Source of the DNA: Paracoccaceae bacterium | GTDB lineage: Bacteria > Pseudomonadota > Alphaproteobacteria > Rhodobacterales > Rhodobacteraceae | Direction: 5' to 3' | DNA: 64,000 nt | Assembly (NCBI GenBank): GCA_041397165.1 | Contig: JAWKXE010000018.1 | Location: 17,289 to 81,288 of the forward strand | Shown here: in pieces, positions 40,420-50,182 of the stretch | Position numbering within the stretch: position 1 is the first letter of the stretch | Layout of the letters: each line of letters opens with the position of its first letter | Notes under the pieces: generated by a model | The model's database searches: none | What the model was told of the DNA's origin: nothing | Seen by the model: only the letters and a program-made list of their open reading frames with translations | Position numbers and translations under genes: made by a program

Positions 40420-40569
40420 CGCCGCACCCTCCGGCCCGGGCCGGCAAAGAGCCGCGCGCGGGCTCGCCGGAACCCCAGGAACCGGTCGAGAAGGCCGGGG
40501 CAGGGGCGGGCGGTGAATGCTGTGTTTGCAGTTATTTCTGTCATGAGAGAAACTCCCGGTTAAAATTTT

Positions 40570-41103
40570 TTACGACCCGGACCCCTTGGGCAGGAAGCGG
40601 GCGATCCTGGCGCCCAGTTTCAGCAGGGTCATCTGGGTGCCGCGCGGCAGGCGGGCCATTTCGCCATACCAGTCGTCGAACATCTGCATGGTCTCCAGCG
40701 TCTCGGCGAAGCGGGCCTTGATCGCGGGCGGCGTGCCGTCGGTTTCGGCCTCTTCGGCCACGGCGCGCAGGGCGGCCAGGGTGGGGGCGTATTCGCGCTC
40801 GCGCCGGCCTTCGACCACGGTGTTCACCAGATCGAACATGTCGCGGACCGAGGTGAAGTGATCGCGCCGGTCGCCCAGCTGGCGCGAGGGTTTCACCAGC
40901 TTCCAGCCCTGCAATTCCTTCAGCGCGGTCGAGACGTTCGAACGCGCCAGGCTGAGCGTGTCGCAAATCTCGTCCGCCGTCATCGGCTCGGGCGCGATAT
41001 GCAGCAGCGCGTGGATCTGCGCGACCGAACGGTTGACCCCCCATTTGGCGCCCATTTCCCCCCAGTGGAGGATGAAGTTCTGCATGGCGGGGGTCAGGTG
41101 CAT
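40570..41103 (-). CDS. GbsR/MarR-family transcriptional regulator
   Basis: ATG at 41103. The winged helix is MTADEICDTLSLARSNVSTALKELQGWKLV, on a GbsR-like N-terminus (FILHWGEMGAKWGVNRSVAQIHALL). Confidence 0.7.
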   Translation of the reverse strand: MHLTPAMQNFILHWGEMGAKWGVNRSVAQIHALLHIAPEPMTADEICDTLSLARSNVSTALKELQGWKLVKPSRQLGDRRDHFTSVRDMFDLVNTVVEGRREREYAPTLAALRAVAEEAETDGTPPAIKARFAETLETMQMFDDWYGEMARLPRGTQMTLLKLGARIARFLPKGSGS

Positions 41104-41120
41104 GGGTGAGTCGCTTTTAA

Positions 41121-41138
41121 TTTCTGTAAAGACAGAAA
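41121..41138. promoter_or_regulatory. inverted repeat TTTCTGT-aaag-ACAGAAA upstream of the regulator (operator candidate)
   Basis: The palindrome lies 18 nt upstream of the regulator ATG. The extended half-site ACAGAAATAAC recurs in the opposite orientation at 40532-40542, ahead of the first membrane gene. Confidence 0.3.
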
Positions 41139-41171
41139 TAACAGAATGATCCGCAATTTGCAAGCGCGGAT

Positions 41172-41196
41172 GGTGCGTTGAAAACGCACCCTACGG
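41172..41196. repeat. REP-like hairpin, family 2
   Basis: ggtgcgtTGAAAacgcacCCTACGG. Confidence 0.55.
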
Positions 41197-41251
41197 GACC
41201 GTGGACGAAGGAGGGCGGTGAAGCGGGGGGTCGGCACCCACCCTGCGGGGG

Positions 41252-41857
41252 CTATTTGCGGCCGATCCTCGGTTCCGTGCCGGCCTTGATCCGCTCGATA
41301 TTGGCCTTGTGGCGCCAGACGATCAGCACGGTCAGGATCGTGGCCAGCACCATCACCTCGCCGCGCCCCGCCAGCAGCGCCCAAAGCGGCGAGGCGGCGG
41401 CGGCGATCAGCGCCGAGAGCGACGAGAGGCGCGACAGGATGGCGGTGAAGATCCAGGTGCCGCAGCAGGCCAGCCCCACGGGCCAGGCGATGGCCAGCAT
41501 GATCCCAAGGAAGGTGGCCACGCCCTTGCCGCCCTTGAAGCCCAGCCAGACCGGGAAGCAATGGCCCAGAAAGGCCGCCAGCCCGGCGACCTGGGCCGCG
41601 CTTTCGCCGCCCAGCCAGCGCGCCAGCAGGACGGCGACGGCGCCCTTGGCCGCGTCCAGGATCAGGGTCAGCGCGGCGGCTTTCTTGGACCCTGTGCGCA
41701 ACACGTTGGTGGCGCCGATATTGCCCGATCCGATCTGGCGCAGGTCGCCCAGCCCCATCGCCCGCGACAGCACCAGGCCGAACGGGATCGAGCCCAGAAG
41801 ATAGCCCAGCACCGCCCAGAGGGCGAGGGTGGCATATGTGACCTCGGGGTCGGACAT
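41252..41857 (-). CDS. plsY: glycerol-3-phosphate acyltransferase PlsY
   Basis: 201 aa with [23 protein letters not shown] and multiple TM helices. Confidence 0.9.
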   Translation of the reverse strand: MSDPEVTYATLALWAVLGYLLGSIPFGLVLSRAMGLGDLRQIGSGNIGATNVLRTGSKKAAALTLILDAAKGAVAVLLARWLGGESAAQVAGLAAFLGHCFPVWLGFKGGKGVATFLGIMLAIAWPVGLACCGTWIFTAILSRLSSLSALIAAAASPLWALLAGRGEVMVLATILTVLIVWRHKANIERIKAGTEPRIGRK

Positions 41858-43134
41858 CAGCCGTAAACCTTTTTGCCGCCAACGAATGTGGCCAGCACCT
41901 TACCCTGCATCCGCGCCCCGTCAAACGGCGTATTCTTGGATTTCGAGTTGAGTTTGAACCGGTCCAGCACGAAGGGCGCGTCGGGATCGAACAGCACCAG
42001 ATCGGCCGGCGCCCCCGCGGCCAACCGCCCGGCGGCCAGGCCCAGCCGCCGCGCCGGGTTCAGCGCGATGGCGCGGAACAACTGCGGCAGGGTGATCTGA
42101 TCGGCATGGAACAGCCTGAGCGCCGCCGGCAGGAAGGTTTCCAGCGCGACCGCGCCGCTGGCGGCCTCCTCGAAGGGCAGGCGCTTCGATTCCTCGTCCT
42201 GCGGCGTGTGCATCGACGAGACGATGTCGATCAGCCCCGATACCACGGCCTCGACCGTGGCCATCCGGTCGGCCTCGGACCTGAGCGGCGGCTTGACCTT
42301 GAAGAAGGTGCGATAGTCCGAGACGTCCATCTCGTTCAGGGTCAGGTGGTGGATCGAGGTGCCGGCGGTGATGTCGAGCCCGTTGCGCTTGGCCCGCTCC
42401 AGCGCCGGCAGGGCGCGGGCCGTGGTGATCTGGTCGGCGTGATAGCGCGCCCCGGTCATTTCCAGAAGCGCGATGTCGCGGTCGAGCGCCATCCGCTCGG
42501 CCATCGACGACACAGCCGACAGCCCGCGCAGCGAGGCGAACTTGCCGCTGGTCGCGGCGGCGCCCTTCGACAGGATCGGCTCCTGCACATGGGCGATGAC
42601 CAGCGCGCCCAAGGAACGGGCATAGCTCAGAGCGCGGGTGAAGACCTTGGTGTCGGCGACCACCCGGTCGCAATCGGTGAAGGCCACGGCGCCGGCGTCG
42701 AGCAGGAAGCCGATCTCGGTCATCTCGCGGCCCTCGCGGCCCTTGGTCAGCGCCGCCATCGGCAGCACGTTGACCGGCGCGGCCTCACCCGCGCGGCGGC
42801 GGATGAATTCCAGCGCCTCGGGGGTGTCGATGGCGGGCAATGTGTCGGGGCGGGTGACCATGGTGGTGACCCCGCCCGCCGCCGCCGCCCGCCCGGCCGA
42901 GCGATAGCTTTCCTTGTGCCGCTCGCCCGGCTCGGCCACCTTGACGCCGATATCGACGATGCCGGGGGCCAGGCACTTGCCGCCGCAGTCGATGACCTCG
43001 TCGGCGGCGGGCGGCTCGCCCGGCCCTGACGCGCCGGTCTCGCTTATGATCGCGCCGTCGAGCAGGACCCAGCCCAGGCTGTCGGTCTGCGCCTCGGGGT
43101 CGATCAGACGGGCATTGGTCAGGAGGGTGGTCAT
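41857..43134 (-). CDS. pyrC: dihydroorotase-like protein lacking metal ligands (PyrC'-type, probably non-catalytic)
   Basis: ATG at 43134. It has the amidohydrolase fold (LIDPEAQ..., APGIVD, GGVTTMV), but the HxH site reads DIGVKV instead of D-x-H-x-H. It lies in the pyrB operon. Confidence 0.8.
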   Translation of the reverse strand: MTTLLTNARLIDPEAQTDSLGWVLLDGAIISETGASGPGEPPAADEVIDCGGKCLAPGIVDIGVKVAEPGERHKESYRSAGRAAAAGGVTTMVTRPDTLPAIDTPEALEFIRRRAGEAAPVNVLPMAALTKGREGREMTEIGFLLDAGAVAFTDCDRVVADTKVFTRALSYARSLGALVIAHVQEPILSKGAAATSGKFASLRGLSAVSSMAERMALDRDIALLEMTGARYHADQITTARALPALERAKRNGLDITAGTSIHHLTLNEMDVSDYRTFFKVKPPLRSEADRMATVEAVVSGLIDIVSSMHTPQDEESKRLPFEEAASGAVALETFLPAALRLFHADQITLPQLFRAIALNPARRLGLAAGRLAAGAPADLVLFDPDAPFVLDRFKLNSKSKNTPFDGARMQGKVLATFVGGKKVYG

Positions 43135-43703
43135 GCGGTTTGCCCTTTCTGGATGTCGCTGATCAGGCGGTGGACCTTGCGTGCCCCGGCGATGCGCTTG
43201 AAGCCGATCGGCACGGTATAGCTGCGGCGGTTGCCGCGCCGGGTTTCGCTGGCAAACCACAGCGTGCCGGGATCGGCCCCGTCATATTCCAGCGCGGTAT
43301 CGGCGGCGATGACATAGGATTTCAACCGCTTGCCCTGCCAGGGCAGTTCGGTTGCGATGAAGGCCCGTCGGTTCGTCAGCGTATACCAGGTGAAACGCCG
43401 CGCCACGGCCCGTGTCAGGGCATAGCCGCCCGCCATATGCAGCCCGGCGCCGACGAAGATCAGCCCGAAGAGCGGAAAGAGGTTGCGGAAGAACCAGGGC
43501 GCGTGGCCGTCGCGGGTCATGGAAAAGGCCATCGAGGTCCAGAACACCGCGAAGGCTGTCATGAAGACCCCCATGGCGATCTGCGCCGGCCGGACCGGGC
43601 GCAGCGTGATCCCCGGCTCGGGCCGGCCCTGCCAGAGGATCGTCTCGCCCGCGTCCAGCAGGTCCTCCCAGCCCGGGGGCGGGGGCGCGGGGCGCGCGCT
43701 CAT
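43131..43703 (-). CDS. membrane protein, 2 TM helices plus a bacterial-PH-like domain (paralog 3)
   Basis: 190 aa with two TM helices followed by FTWYTLTNRRAFIA...GTLWF...IGFKRIAGARKVHRLI. ATGA overlaps at both ends. Confidence 0.6.
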   Translation of the reverse strand: MSARPAPPPPGWEDLLDAGETILWQGRPEPGITLRPVRPAQIAMGVFMTAFAVFWTSMAFSMTRDGHAPWFFRNLFPLFGLIFVGAGLHMAGGYALTRAVARRFTWYTLTNRRAFIATELPWQGKRLKSYVIAADTALEYDGADPGTLWFASETRRGNRRSYTVPIGFKRIAGARKVHRLISDIQKGQTA

Positions 43704-44149
43704 GGCCGGCCCCCGGCGCGGACGCGCTCGATCAGGGCGCGGGTGGCGCGGCCATCGGGCTGATACTTGATCAGGTGCTTGCCCCCCGACAGGGTCACGA
43801 CCTGCACCGCCGACATCAGCGTGTTGATCTCCTTGATCTCGCGCAGCCCCAGCGCCCGGCCGCCGGGGCCCAGCAGGCGGCGGTCGGTCAGGTCCCAGCG
43901 GGTCTTCAGCTCTTCCGAGGCCATGTACCAGCCGCGAAGCGCGATGGCGGCCAACCCGCCGATGGCGCCGGTCCAGACATGCGGGTTGCCCATCGCCCAG
44001 AGGATGACCATGCCGGCGGCCATGGCGATGGCGGCCATCACCGCGTGATCGCGCAGATAGGTGGCGCGGTCGGGGCTCAGGCTGGCCAGCACCGTCTCGC
44101 CCTCGTGCAGCGGCGCGCTGGGCGTCAGTTCATAGCGCAGGTCGCTCAT
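43700..44149 (-). CDS. membrane protein, 2 TM helices plus a bacterial-PH-like domain (paralog 2)
   Basis: ATG at 44149. Two TM helices followed by RWDLTDRRLLGPGG...IKEINTLMSAVQVVTLSGGKHLIKY. Confidence 0.6.
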   Translation of the reverse strand: MSDLRYELTPSAPLHEGETVLASLSPDRATYLRDHAVMAAIAMAAGMVILWAMGNPHVWTGAIGGLAAIALRGWYMASEELKTRWDLTDRRLLGPGGRALGLREIKEINTLMSAVQVVTLSGGKHLIKYQPDGRATRALIERVRAGGRP

Positions 44150-44640
44150 GCCGTGCCGCCCCCCGGCGCGGCGGCGGCGGCGCGGGCGGCCGCGATCCGG
44201 GCCTGGATGTCGCGCGGCCGGGCGACGAAGCGCATCGCGGTCGAGGTGCCGCCCTCGAAGCCCAGCCGCAGCGCCCACCAGAACCACGGCTCGGTCCATT
44301 CGACCGCGCGCAGCGGCACGGCGGCATTGTCCTCGGGCGCGCCGGCTTTCTCATAGATCAGGCGGTGGGTGGTCAGGTGCCAGGCCTCGTCCCGGACCCG
44401 GAACCATGTCAGGTGGTCGTCGAACAGGAAGACGAACAGCACGGTCAGCACCGGCACCGCCACCAGCCATTGCCTGAGGTCGAGATAGCCCAGCGACGAC
44501 AGCGCCAGCGCGGTGGCGAAGCTCAGCAGAACCGAGCGCTGGGCGAAAAGCGTGAAATTCGGCCGCCAGCTGGCCAGAAGCTGTTCGTCGCTGGCCAGCG
44601 GCGTCGCGATCCGGCGGGGGGAGGGGGCGGGTTTCTTCAT
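44146..44640 (-). CDS. membrane protein, 2 TM helices plus a bacterial-PH-like domain (paralog 1)
   Basis: 164 aa with two TM helices followed by AWHLTTHRLIYEKAG...VPLRAVEWTEP...MRFVARPRDIQARI. Confidence 0.6.
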   Translation of the reverse strand: MKKPAPSPRRIATPLASDEQLLASWRPNFTLFAQRSVLLSFATALALSSLGYLDLRQWLVAVPVLTVLFVFLFDDHLTWFRVRDEAWHLTTHRLIYEKAGAPEDNAAVPLRAVEWTEPWFWWALRLGFEGGTSTAMRFVARPRDIQARIAAARAAAAAPGGGTA

Positions 44641-44644
44641 CGGG

Positions 44645-45626
44645 TCATGCCAGCGCCTTGATACGGTCGTGGAAGACCCGGTGCAGATCGTTCAGTCTCT
44701 CATAGAGCCAGGCGTGCTGCTGTTTCCAGGCCTCAGGGTCGGTCGGGTCCTGATCGGGCTGGGTGAGGCGGATCGCCTGCTGGGTGCCGCGCAACTCGTC
44801 CCAGTCGAGGACATAGCCCAGTTCGGCCTCGATCTCGGCGCGTTGGTCGAGGAGGGACAGGCGCGCTTCCGGGGCTTGCGAGCCGTAGAGGGTCAACTCG
44901 GCACGGATCCATTTCGCCTGGCTGTTGACCGAGCCCGTAAGCCCGATATTGGCCCGCCCGATAGCGAAAGTGGTCCAGGTCTGCGGTAGCGGCTTGCGCG
45001 GACGCAGTCGCGCGTTGTCGGTCAGATCGTTCATGTCTTGTAGATAGTCGCGGAAGGCGCCCCAATAGCGCAGATAAGTCTTCTGCAAGTCGCTCAACTC
45101 GCCGCCCTGGGCGTCGCTGCGGCGGGCGGTCTCGGTCAGCCGCGCCCAATCGTCGGGCTTGACCACCACGTTGAAGCGCGGCGCGATCGGGCTTTGGTCG
45201 ATCCGCCACAGTTCCAGCTCGACGGCAAAGAAGGCATGGCCCTCGCCGGTGATCGAATTCAGCCAGGTCAGGGCGGTGCGGTGCTCTTCGCGCAGGTGTT
45301 CGCAGATCAGCACCACGGTAGCCGCCTTCAGCCCGCTGGCATAGGTCAGAAGCTTGCCGAAATGGTCGTGGTCGGAACGGCCATACTGGTTCTCGATAAG
45401 CACCGTGGCCTCGCCGGCCTGGGTGGTATCGAGCGCGACGATATCGGCGAAATAGGCGCCGACCGAAACCTCGGTGTCCTTTAGGCTGAGCCCTCGGCCC
45501 GAAACCCAGTGCCTCGCTCAGAAGGTCGAGATGGCCAGCCAGCCAGGGGGTGAAATCGCGCGCCTCGTTGGGCCAGGTGGCCCGGATGTCGCGGATGCGG
45601 TGAAACTGGCCCAGCGCTGCGGTCAT
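44645..45626 (-). pseudogene. PD-(D/E)xK-like nuclease N-terminus plus a DUF4268-like C-terminus; one frameshift near 45480
   Basis: [42 protein letters not shown], then (after the frame change) ...DIVALD..VLIENQYGRSDHDHFGKLLTYASG (D...E-x-Q/K core), followed by LQKTYLRYWGAFRDYL...IRAELTLYG...LDWDEL. Its ATG overlaps the pyrB stop. Confidence 0.6.
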
Positions 45627-46594
45627 ACCATCACCCCGGCGCGCGCCTCGCGGGCGGCGCGCTGGTTGCGGGCCAGCAGGTCCATCGCCGCCATGCGCAC
45701 GGCGACGCCCATCTCGACCTGCTCCTGGATGACCGAACGGTTGATGTCGTCGGCGATCTCGCCGTCGATCTCGACACCGCGGTTCATCGGCCCGGGGTGC
45801 ATGACGATGGCGTCGGGCGCGGCGCAGGCCAGCTTTTCGGCGTCGAGCCCGTAGCGGTGGTAATATTCCCGCTCGGACGGGATGAAGCCGCCGTCCATAC
45901 GCTCCTTCTGCAGCCGCAGCATCATCACCACGTCGACACCGGCGAGACCCTCGCGCATGTCGTCATAGACCTCGACCCCGAACTCGGCGATGCCCGAGGG
46001 CATCAGCGTCGGCGGGCCGACCAGGCGGATGCGGTTCTCCATCTTGCCCAGCAGAAGGATGTTCGAGCGCGCCACGCGGCTGTGGGCGATGTCGCCGCAG
46101 ATCGCGATGTTCAGCCGCTCCAGGCGCCCTTTCGAGCGGCGGATGGTCAGCGCATCGAGCAGCGCCTGGGTCGGATGCTCGTGCCGGCCGTCGCCGGCGT
46201 TCAGCACCGCGCAGTTGACCTTCTGCGACAGAAGGTCGACCGCGCCGGAATGCGGATGGCGCACGACCAGAAGGTCGGGATGCATGGCGTTCAGCGTCAG
46301 CGCGGTGTCGATCAGCGTCTCGCCCTTCTTGATCGAGCTGGCCTGCATCGCCATGTTCATCACATCCGCGCCCAGCCGCTTGCCGGCCAGTTCGAAACTG
46401 GCCTGGGTGCGGGTCGAGTTCTCGAAGAACATGTTGATCTGGGTCAGGCCCGCCAGCGCCTCGGAATGCTTGTTGCCGGATCGGTTGAGGGCGACATACT
46501 GATCCGACAGGTCGAGCAGCGTGGTGATGTCGGACGGCGAAAGCGGTTCGATCCCCAGAAGATGCCGATGCGCAAAACCTGGTGCAAAGCTCAT
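45623..46594 (-). CDS. pyrB: aspartate carbamoyltransferase catalytic subunit
   Basis: 323 aa with [21 protein letters not shown] and [11 protein letters not shown]. Confidence 0.95.
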   Translation of the reverse strand: MSFAPGFAHRHLLGIEPLSPSDITTLLDLSDQYVALNRSGNKHSEALAGLTQINMFFENSTRTQASFELAGKRLGADVMNMAMQASSIKKGETLIDTALTLNAMHPDLLVVRHPHSGAVDLLSQKVNCAVLNAGDGRHEHPTQALLDALTIRRSKGRLERLNIAICGDIAHSRVARSNILLLGKMENRIRLVGPPTLMPSGIAEFGVEVYDDMREGLAGVDVVMMLRLQKERMDGGFIPSEREYYHRYGLDAEKLACAAPDAIVMHPGPMNRGVEIDGEIADDINRSVIQEQVEMGVAVRMAAMDLLARNQRAAREARAGVMV

Positions 46595-47072
46595 CGCAAT
46601 CTCTCCCGTTTCCGCTTTGTCGGCGGTTATAGGAAGGGGGCGGGGCGGAGTCTAGCCGCCGCCGCGCCTCAAGCCGCGCTCCCCGTCGCCGCGGCGCCCG
46701 GGTGTCGGCGGGCGCTTTCCCACCCACCCCGCGCGGCTTGAGGCGCGCCGTCGGTGCGGGGCGGTGGGGAGGGGGCTCGGTGGAATGCGGGGAAGGTGCG
46801 TTTCAGCGACGAAGAAGGGCGGACTGTACTCCAGGGCGGGCGGCGGCATGGCTCGCTCCGGAACGCGTCAATCCCCGACAGAGATGCCGGCACAGCGTCA
46901 GACGGGGGCGTAACGCCTGCCTCGGGTCCCCGCCGCGCGTCAGCGCGGCGCTCCCCCTTCGTCGGGGCCGAGCGAAGCGAGGCCCCGTGGCGACGCCGTC
47001 AGGCGGCGCAATCGCCGCCAGGCGAAATCGCCGGTTCAGGCCGGGGCCGGGCTGCGATAGGCTGGGGCCGAG

Positions 47073-47882
47073 ATGGAATCGGCATTGTCATATCACGCCG
47101 CGCTCGACGCGCTGGCCTGGCAGATCGAACTGGGCGCCGACGAGGCGATCGGCGATCGGCCGGTCGACCGTTACGAACTGCCCCAGAGCCCGCCCGCGGC
47201 GAAACCCGCGCCCGAGCGGCCGCCCCTGCCGGCGCCGGCGCTCTCGCTGGCCGCTCCGGCCCCTTCGGCGGCACCGGCGGTCGATCCGGTCGCCGTGGCG
47301 CGCCAGGCGGCCTCGGCGGCGGGCAGCCTCGATGCGTTGCGGGCGGCGATGGCGGCCTTCGATCAGTGCGAGCTGAAGCGCGGGGCGCGGCAATTGGTCT
47401 TCGCCGATGGCCAGGCCGGCGCGCGGCTGATGATCGTGGGCGAGGCGCCGGGCCGCGACGAGGACCTGCAGGGCAAGCCCTTCGTCGGCCGCGCCGGGCA
47501 GCTTCTGGACCGGATGCTGGCCGCCATCGGCCGTGGCCGCGCGGATGCGGCCGCGCCGGTCTATATCGCCAATGTCATCCCCTGGCGGCCGCCGCAGAAC
47601 CGCGATCCCAGCCCCGAGGAGATCGCCATGATGCTGCCCTTCCTCGAGCGTCATATCGAACTGGCCGAGCCCGAGGTTCTGATCCTGATGGGCAATATCA
47701 GCTGTCAGGCGGCGCTGGGCCGGCGCGGCATCACCCGGCTGCGCGGCCAGTGGGTGCAGGCCTTCGGCCGCCCCGCCCTGCCGATGTTCCACCCCGCCTA
47801 TCTGCTGCGCACCCCCGCCGCCAAGCGCGAAAGCTGGGCCGATCTGCTCGAAGTCAGGGCGCGGCTGGGGGGCGGGGCGTGA
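47073..47882 (+). CDS. uracil-DNA glycosylase, family 4
   Basis: 269 aa with an Ala/Pro-rich N-terminal extension, then LMIVGEAPGRDEDLQGKPFVGRAGQLLD and HPAYLLR. Confidence 0.85.
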   Translation: MESALSYHAALDALAWQIELGADEAIGDRPVDRYELPQSPPAAKPAPERPPLPAPALSLAAPAPSAAPAVDPVAVARQAASAAGSLDALRAAMAAFDQCELKRGARQLVFADGQAGARLMIVGEAPGRDEDLQGKPFVGRAGQLLDRMLAAIGRGRADAAAPVYIANVIPWRPPQNRDPSPEEIAMMLPFLERHIELAEPEVLILMGNISCQAALGRRGITRLRGQWVQAFGRPALPMFHPAYLLRTPAAKRESWADLLEVRARLGGGA

Positions 47883-48466
47883 GGCCCTTCCGATCTGGCT
47901 GGCGCTCGTCCCGGCCGGGCCGGCGGCGGCGTTCGACAACGACTATGCGGCGCTCTTCGCGGCGCATGAGGCCGAGGTGCTTCAGGCCGCGCCCGGCCTG
48001 CGGCGGCTGGAACTGCCGGGGCCGGTGGTGGTCGAGGAGAGGCGGCAGGGCGATGGCAGCCTGCGCTATTCCGGCACCGACCTGTCGGGGCGGATGGCGG
48101 CGGCTGCGGCATGCGGCTCTCCTCGACATGGTGGTCGAGACCGGGCTCTGCCCCGGCATGATCGACCCCGAAGCGCGCAGGGTGCTGGACGCCGAACTGC
48201 GCGAGGTGGCGGGCTTCGTCGCCGCCAACGCCTTTCCGCCGCTGCCCGAGGCCGAGATACGGCCGCGCCTGATCGAGCTGATCCGCCAGCGGACCGCGCG
48301 GTTTCAGGCCGCCGCCCCGGGCTGCGATCCCTCCGACAGCGGTCGGCAGGACGCGGCCGAAATCGCCCGCAACCTGGCCCGGCCGGGCGGGCAGGCGGCG
48401 GTGCAGCGAATGATCGGCCTGCCGCGCCTGCCGGTGGAAAACGACTGTCCGCAGGGAAGCACATGA
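47879..48466 (+). pseudogene. exported hypothetical protein, two frame changes (~47892 and ~48100)
   Basis: GTG overlaps the udg stop. Restoring one C in cccttccg gives MRPFPIWLALVPAGPAAA (signal-like). The tail ...LLDMVVETGLCPGMIDPEARRVLDAELRE is in the original frame. Confidence 0.35.
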
Positions 48467-49056
48467 ACCTTCTGGCCTTTTCCGACCTCCACGCCAGCCG
48501 CAAGCAGGCGGCCCTGCTGGTCGAGGCAGCGGCCAAGGCCGATCTGGTGATCGGTGCCGGCGATTTCTGCAACATGCGCCAGGGCCTGCCCGAAGCGCTG
48601 GCGCTGCTTCGGGGCATCGCCGCGCCGATGGTCCTGGTGCCGGGCAATGCCGAAAGCGCCGAGGAACTGCGCGCGGCGGCGGGCCCCGGCGTCACCGTGC
48701 TGCACGGCGCGGGCACCGAGGTGGCGGGCATCCGGCTCTTCGGCCTCGGCTATGGCGTGCCGCCGACCCCCTTCGGCGCCTGGTCCTGCGATCTGTCCGA
48801 GGCCGAGGCCGAGGCGATGCTGGCGCCTTGCGACACCGCCGATATCCTGATCACCCATTCGCCGCCCAAGGGCATCGCCGACCGGACCTCGACCGGCCTC
48901 TCGGTCGGCTCGACCGCGATCCGCGCGGCCATCGACCGCATCCAGCCGGGGCTGGCGCTTTGCGGCCATATCCACGACAGTTGGGGCCAGGAGGGGCAAC
49001 TGGGCGCGACCCGCGTCGTCAACCTCGGCCCCTTCGCCAATTGGTTCGAACTGTGA
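48463..49056 (+). CDS. metallophosphoesterase
   Basis: MNLLAFSDLHAS, GAGDF, PGNAES, ITHSPP and CGHIH are the calcineurin-like phosphoesterase motifs. Confidence 0.75.
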   Translation: MNLLAFSDLHASRKQAALLVEAAAKADLVIGAGDFCNMRQGLPEALALLRGIAAPMVLVPGNAESAEELRAAAGPGVTVLHGAGTEVAGIRLFGLGYGVPPTPFGAWSCDLSEAEAEAMLAPCDTADILITHSPPKGIADRTSTGLSVGSTAIRAAIDRIQPGLALCGHIHDSWGQEGQLGATRVVNLGPFANWFEL

Positions 49057-49063
49057 GGGCACC

Positions 49064-49606
49064 ATGAGCCGGATCGACGACAGCAAGGAATTCATCCCCG
49101 TCCGCATCGCCGTGCTGACGGTCAGCGACACCCGCAGCCTGGCCGAGGACCGCTCGGGCGACACGCTGGTGGCGCGGATCGAGGGTGCCGGCCACATCCT
49201 GGCCCATCGCGCGATCGTGCAGGACGAGCGCGCCGAGATCGCGGCGCAGCTGCGCGCCTGGGTGGCCGACGCGGGCGTCGATGTCATTCTCTCGACCGGC
49301 GGCACCGGCCTCACGGGGCGCGACGTGACCGTCGAAGCGCATCGCGACGTCTATGAGAAGGAAATCGAGGCCTTCGCCACCGTCTTCACCATCGTCTCGA
49401 TGCAGAAGATCGGCACCAGCGCCGTGCAGAGCCGCGCCACCGGCGGCGTCGCGGGCGGCACATACCTTTTCGCGCTGCCGGGCAGCCCCGGCGCCTGCAA
49501 GGACGCCTGGGACGAGATCCTCGCGCCGCAATTCGACTATCGCCACCGGCCCTGCAACTTCGTCGAGATCATGCCGCGGCTCGACGAGCATCTGAGGCGC
49601 AAGTGA
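49064..49606 (+). CDS. moaB: molybdenum cofactor biosynthesis protein B
   Basis: 180 aa with VLTVSDTRS, ILSTGGTGLTGRD and ALPGSPGA. Confidence 0.85.
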   Translation: MSRIDDSKEFIPVRIAVLTVSDTRSLAEDRSGDTLVARIEGAGHILAHRAIVQDERAEIAAQLRAWVADAGVDVILSTGGTGLTGRDVTVEAHRDVYEKEIEAFATVFTIVSMQKIGTSAVQSRATGGVAGGTYLFALPGSPGACKDAWDEILAPQFDYRHRPCNFVEIMPRLDEHLRRK

Positions 49607-50043
49607 GCGGTTTCGCCGATATCGGCCCGATCCCGGACAAGGTGATCTGGCAGGGCGCCACCGTGCTGGCGCGCGATGCCGAAGGCCGGGTGCTGATGCA
49701 GCTGCGCGACGACCATGCCGGCGTGGCGGCGCCGGGGCAATGGTGCCTGTTCGGTGGCGCGGTCGAGCCGGGCGAAAGCCTGGACCAGGCCGCGCGGCGC
49801 GAGTTCCATGAAGAAACCGGCATCGACATCGCGGGCCACCGGCTCGACCCGCTGGCCCGTTTCGGCTCGGCGGCGCTGAAGGGCGGCGTGGTGCATGTCT
49901 TCGTGCTGAGGCGGCCCGTCAGGGCCGACGAAGTGACGCTGGGCGAAGGCGCGGGCTTTGCCTTCCTGACCCGGGCGCAGGTCGAACGCTTCGATCTGAT
50001 CGCCAATTTCCGCAGCGCGCTGCAGGGCCTCGAAGATTTCTGA
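49603..50043 (+). CDS. NUDIX hydrolase
   Basis: The Nudix box GGAVEPGESLDQAARREFHEETG is present. Its GTG overlaps the moaB stop. Confidence 0.8.
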   Translation: MSGFADIGPIPDKVIWQGATVLARDAEGRVLMQLRDDHAGVAAPGQWCLFGGAVEPGESLDQAARREFHEETGIDIAGHRLDPLARFGSAALKGGVVHVFVLRRPVRADEVTLGEGAGFAFLTRAQVERFDLIANFRSALQGLEDF

Positions 50044-50182
50044 AACCTGCCGCGACGGAAGCGGCCGGCTGCGGCGTTTAACCCTCGAGGCTTCAAAAAT
50101 CTTGCGGCTGCGCTAGATTATTCTATCGGTTTAGCAAGGTTTTGCCCGGGGCTCGCCCGGGCGCGCGACAAAGGACCCGACC

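Noticed and set aside
46652-46893. 65-aa and 74-aa minus-strand ORFs in the pyrB-udg spacer.
   Set aside because: They are Pro/Arg/Gly-rich, mutually overlapping, and lack an RBS or a recognisable fold signature. They are treated as non-coding (see the spacer finding).
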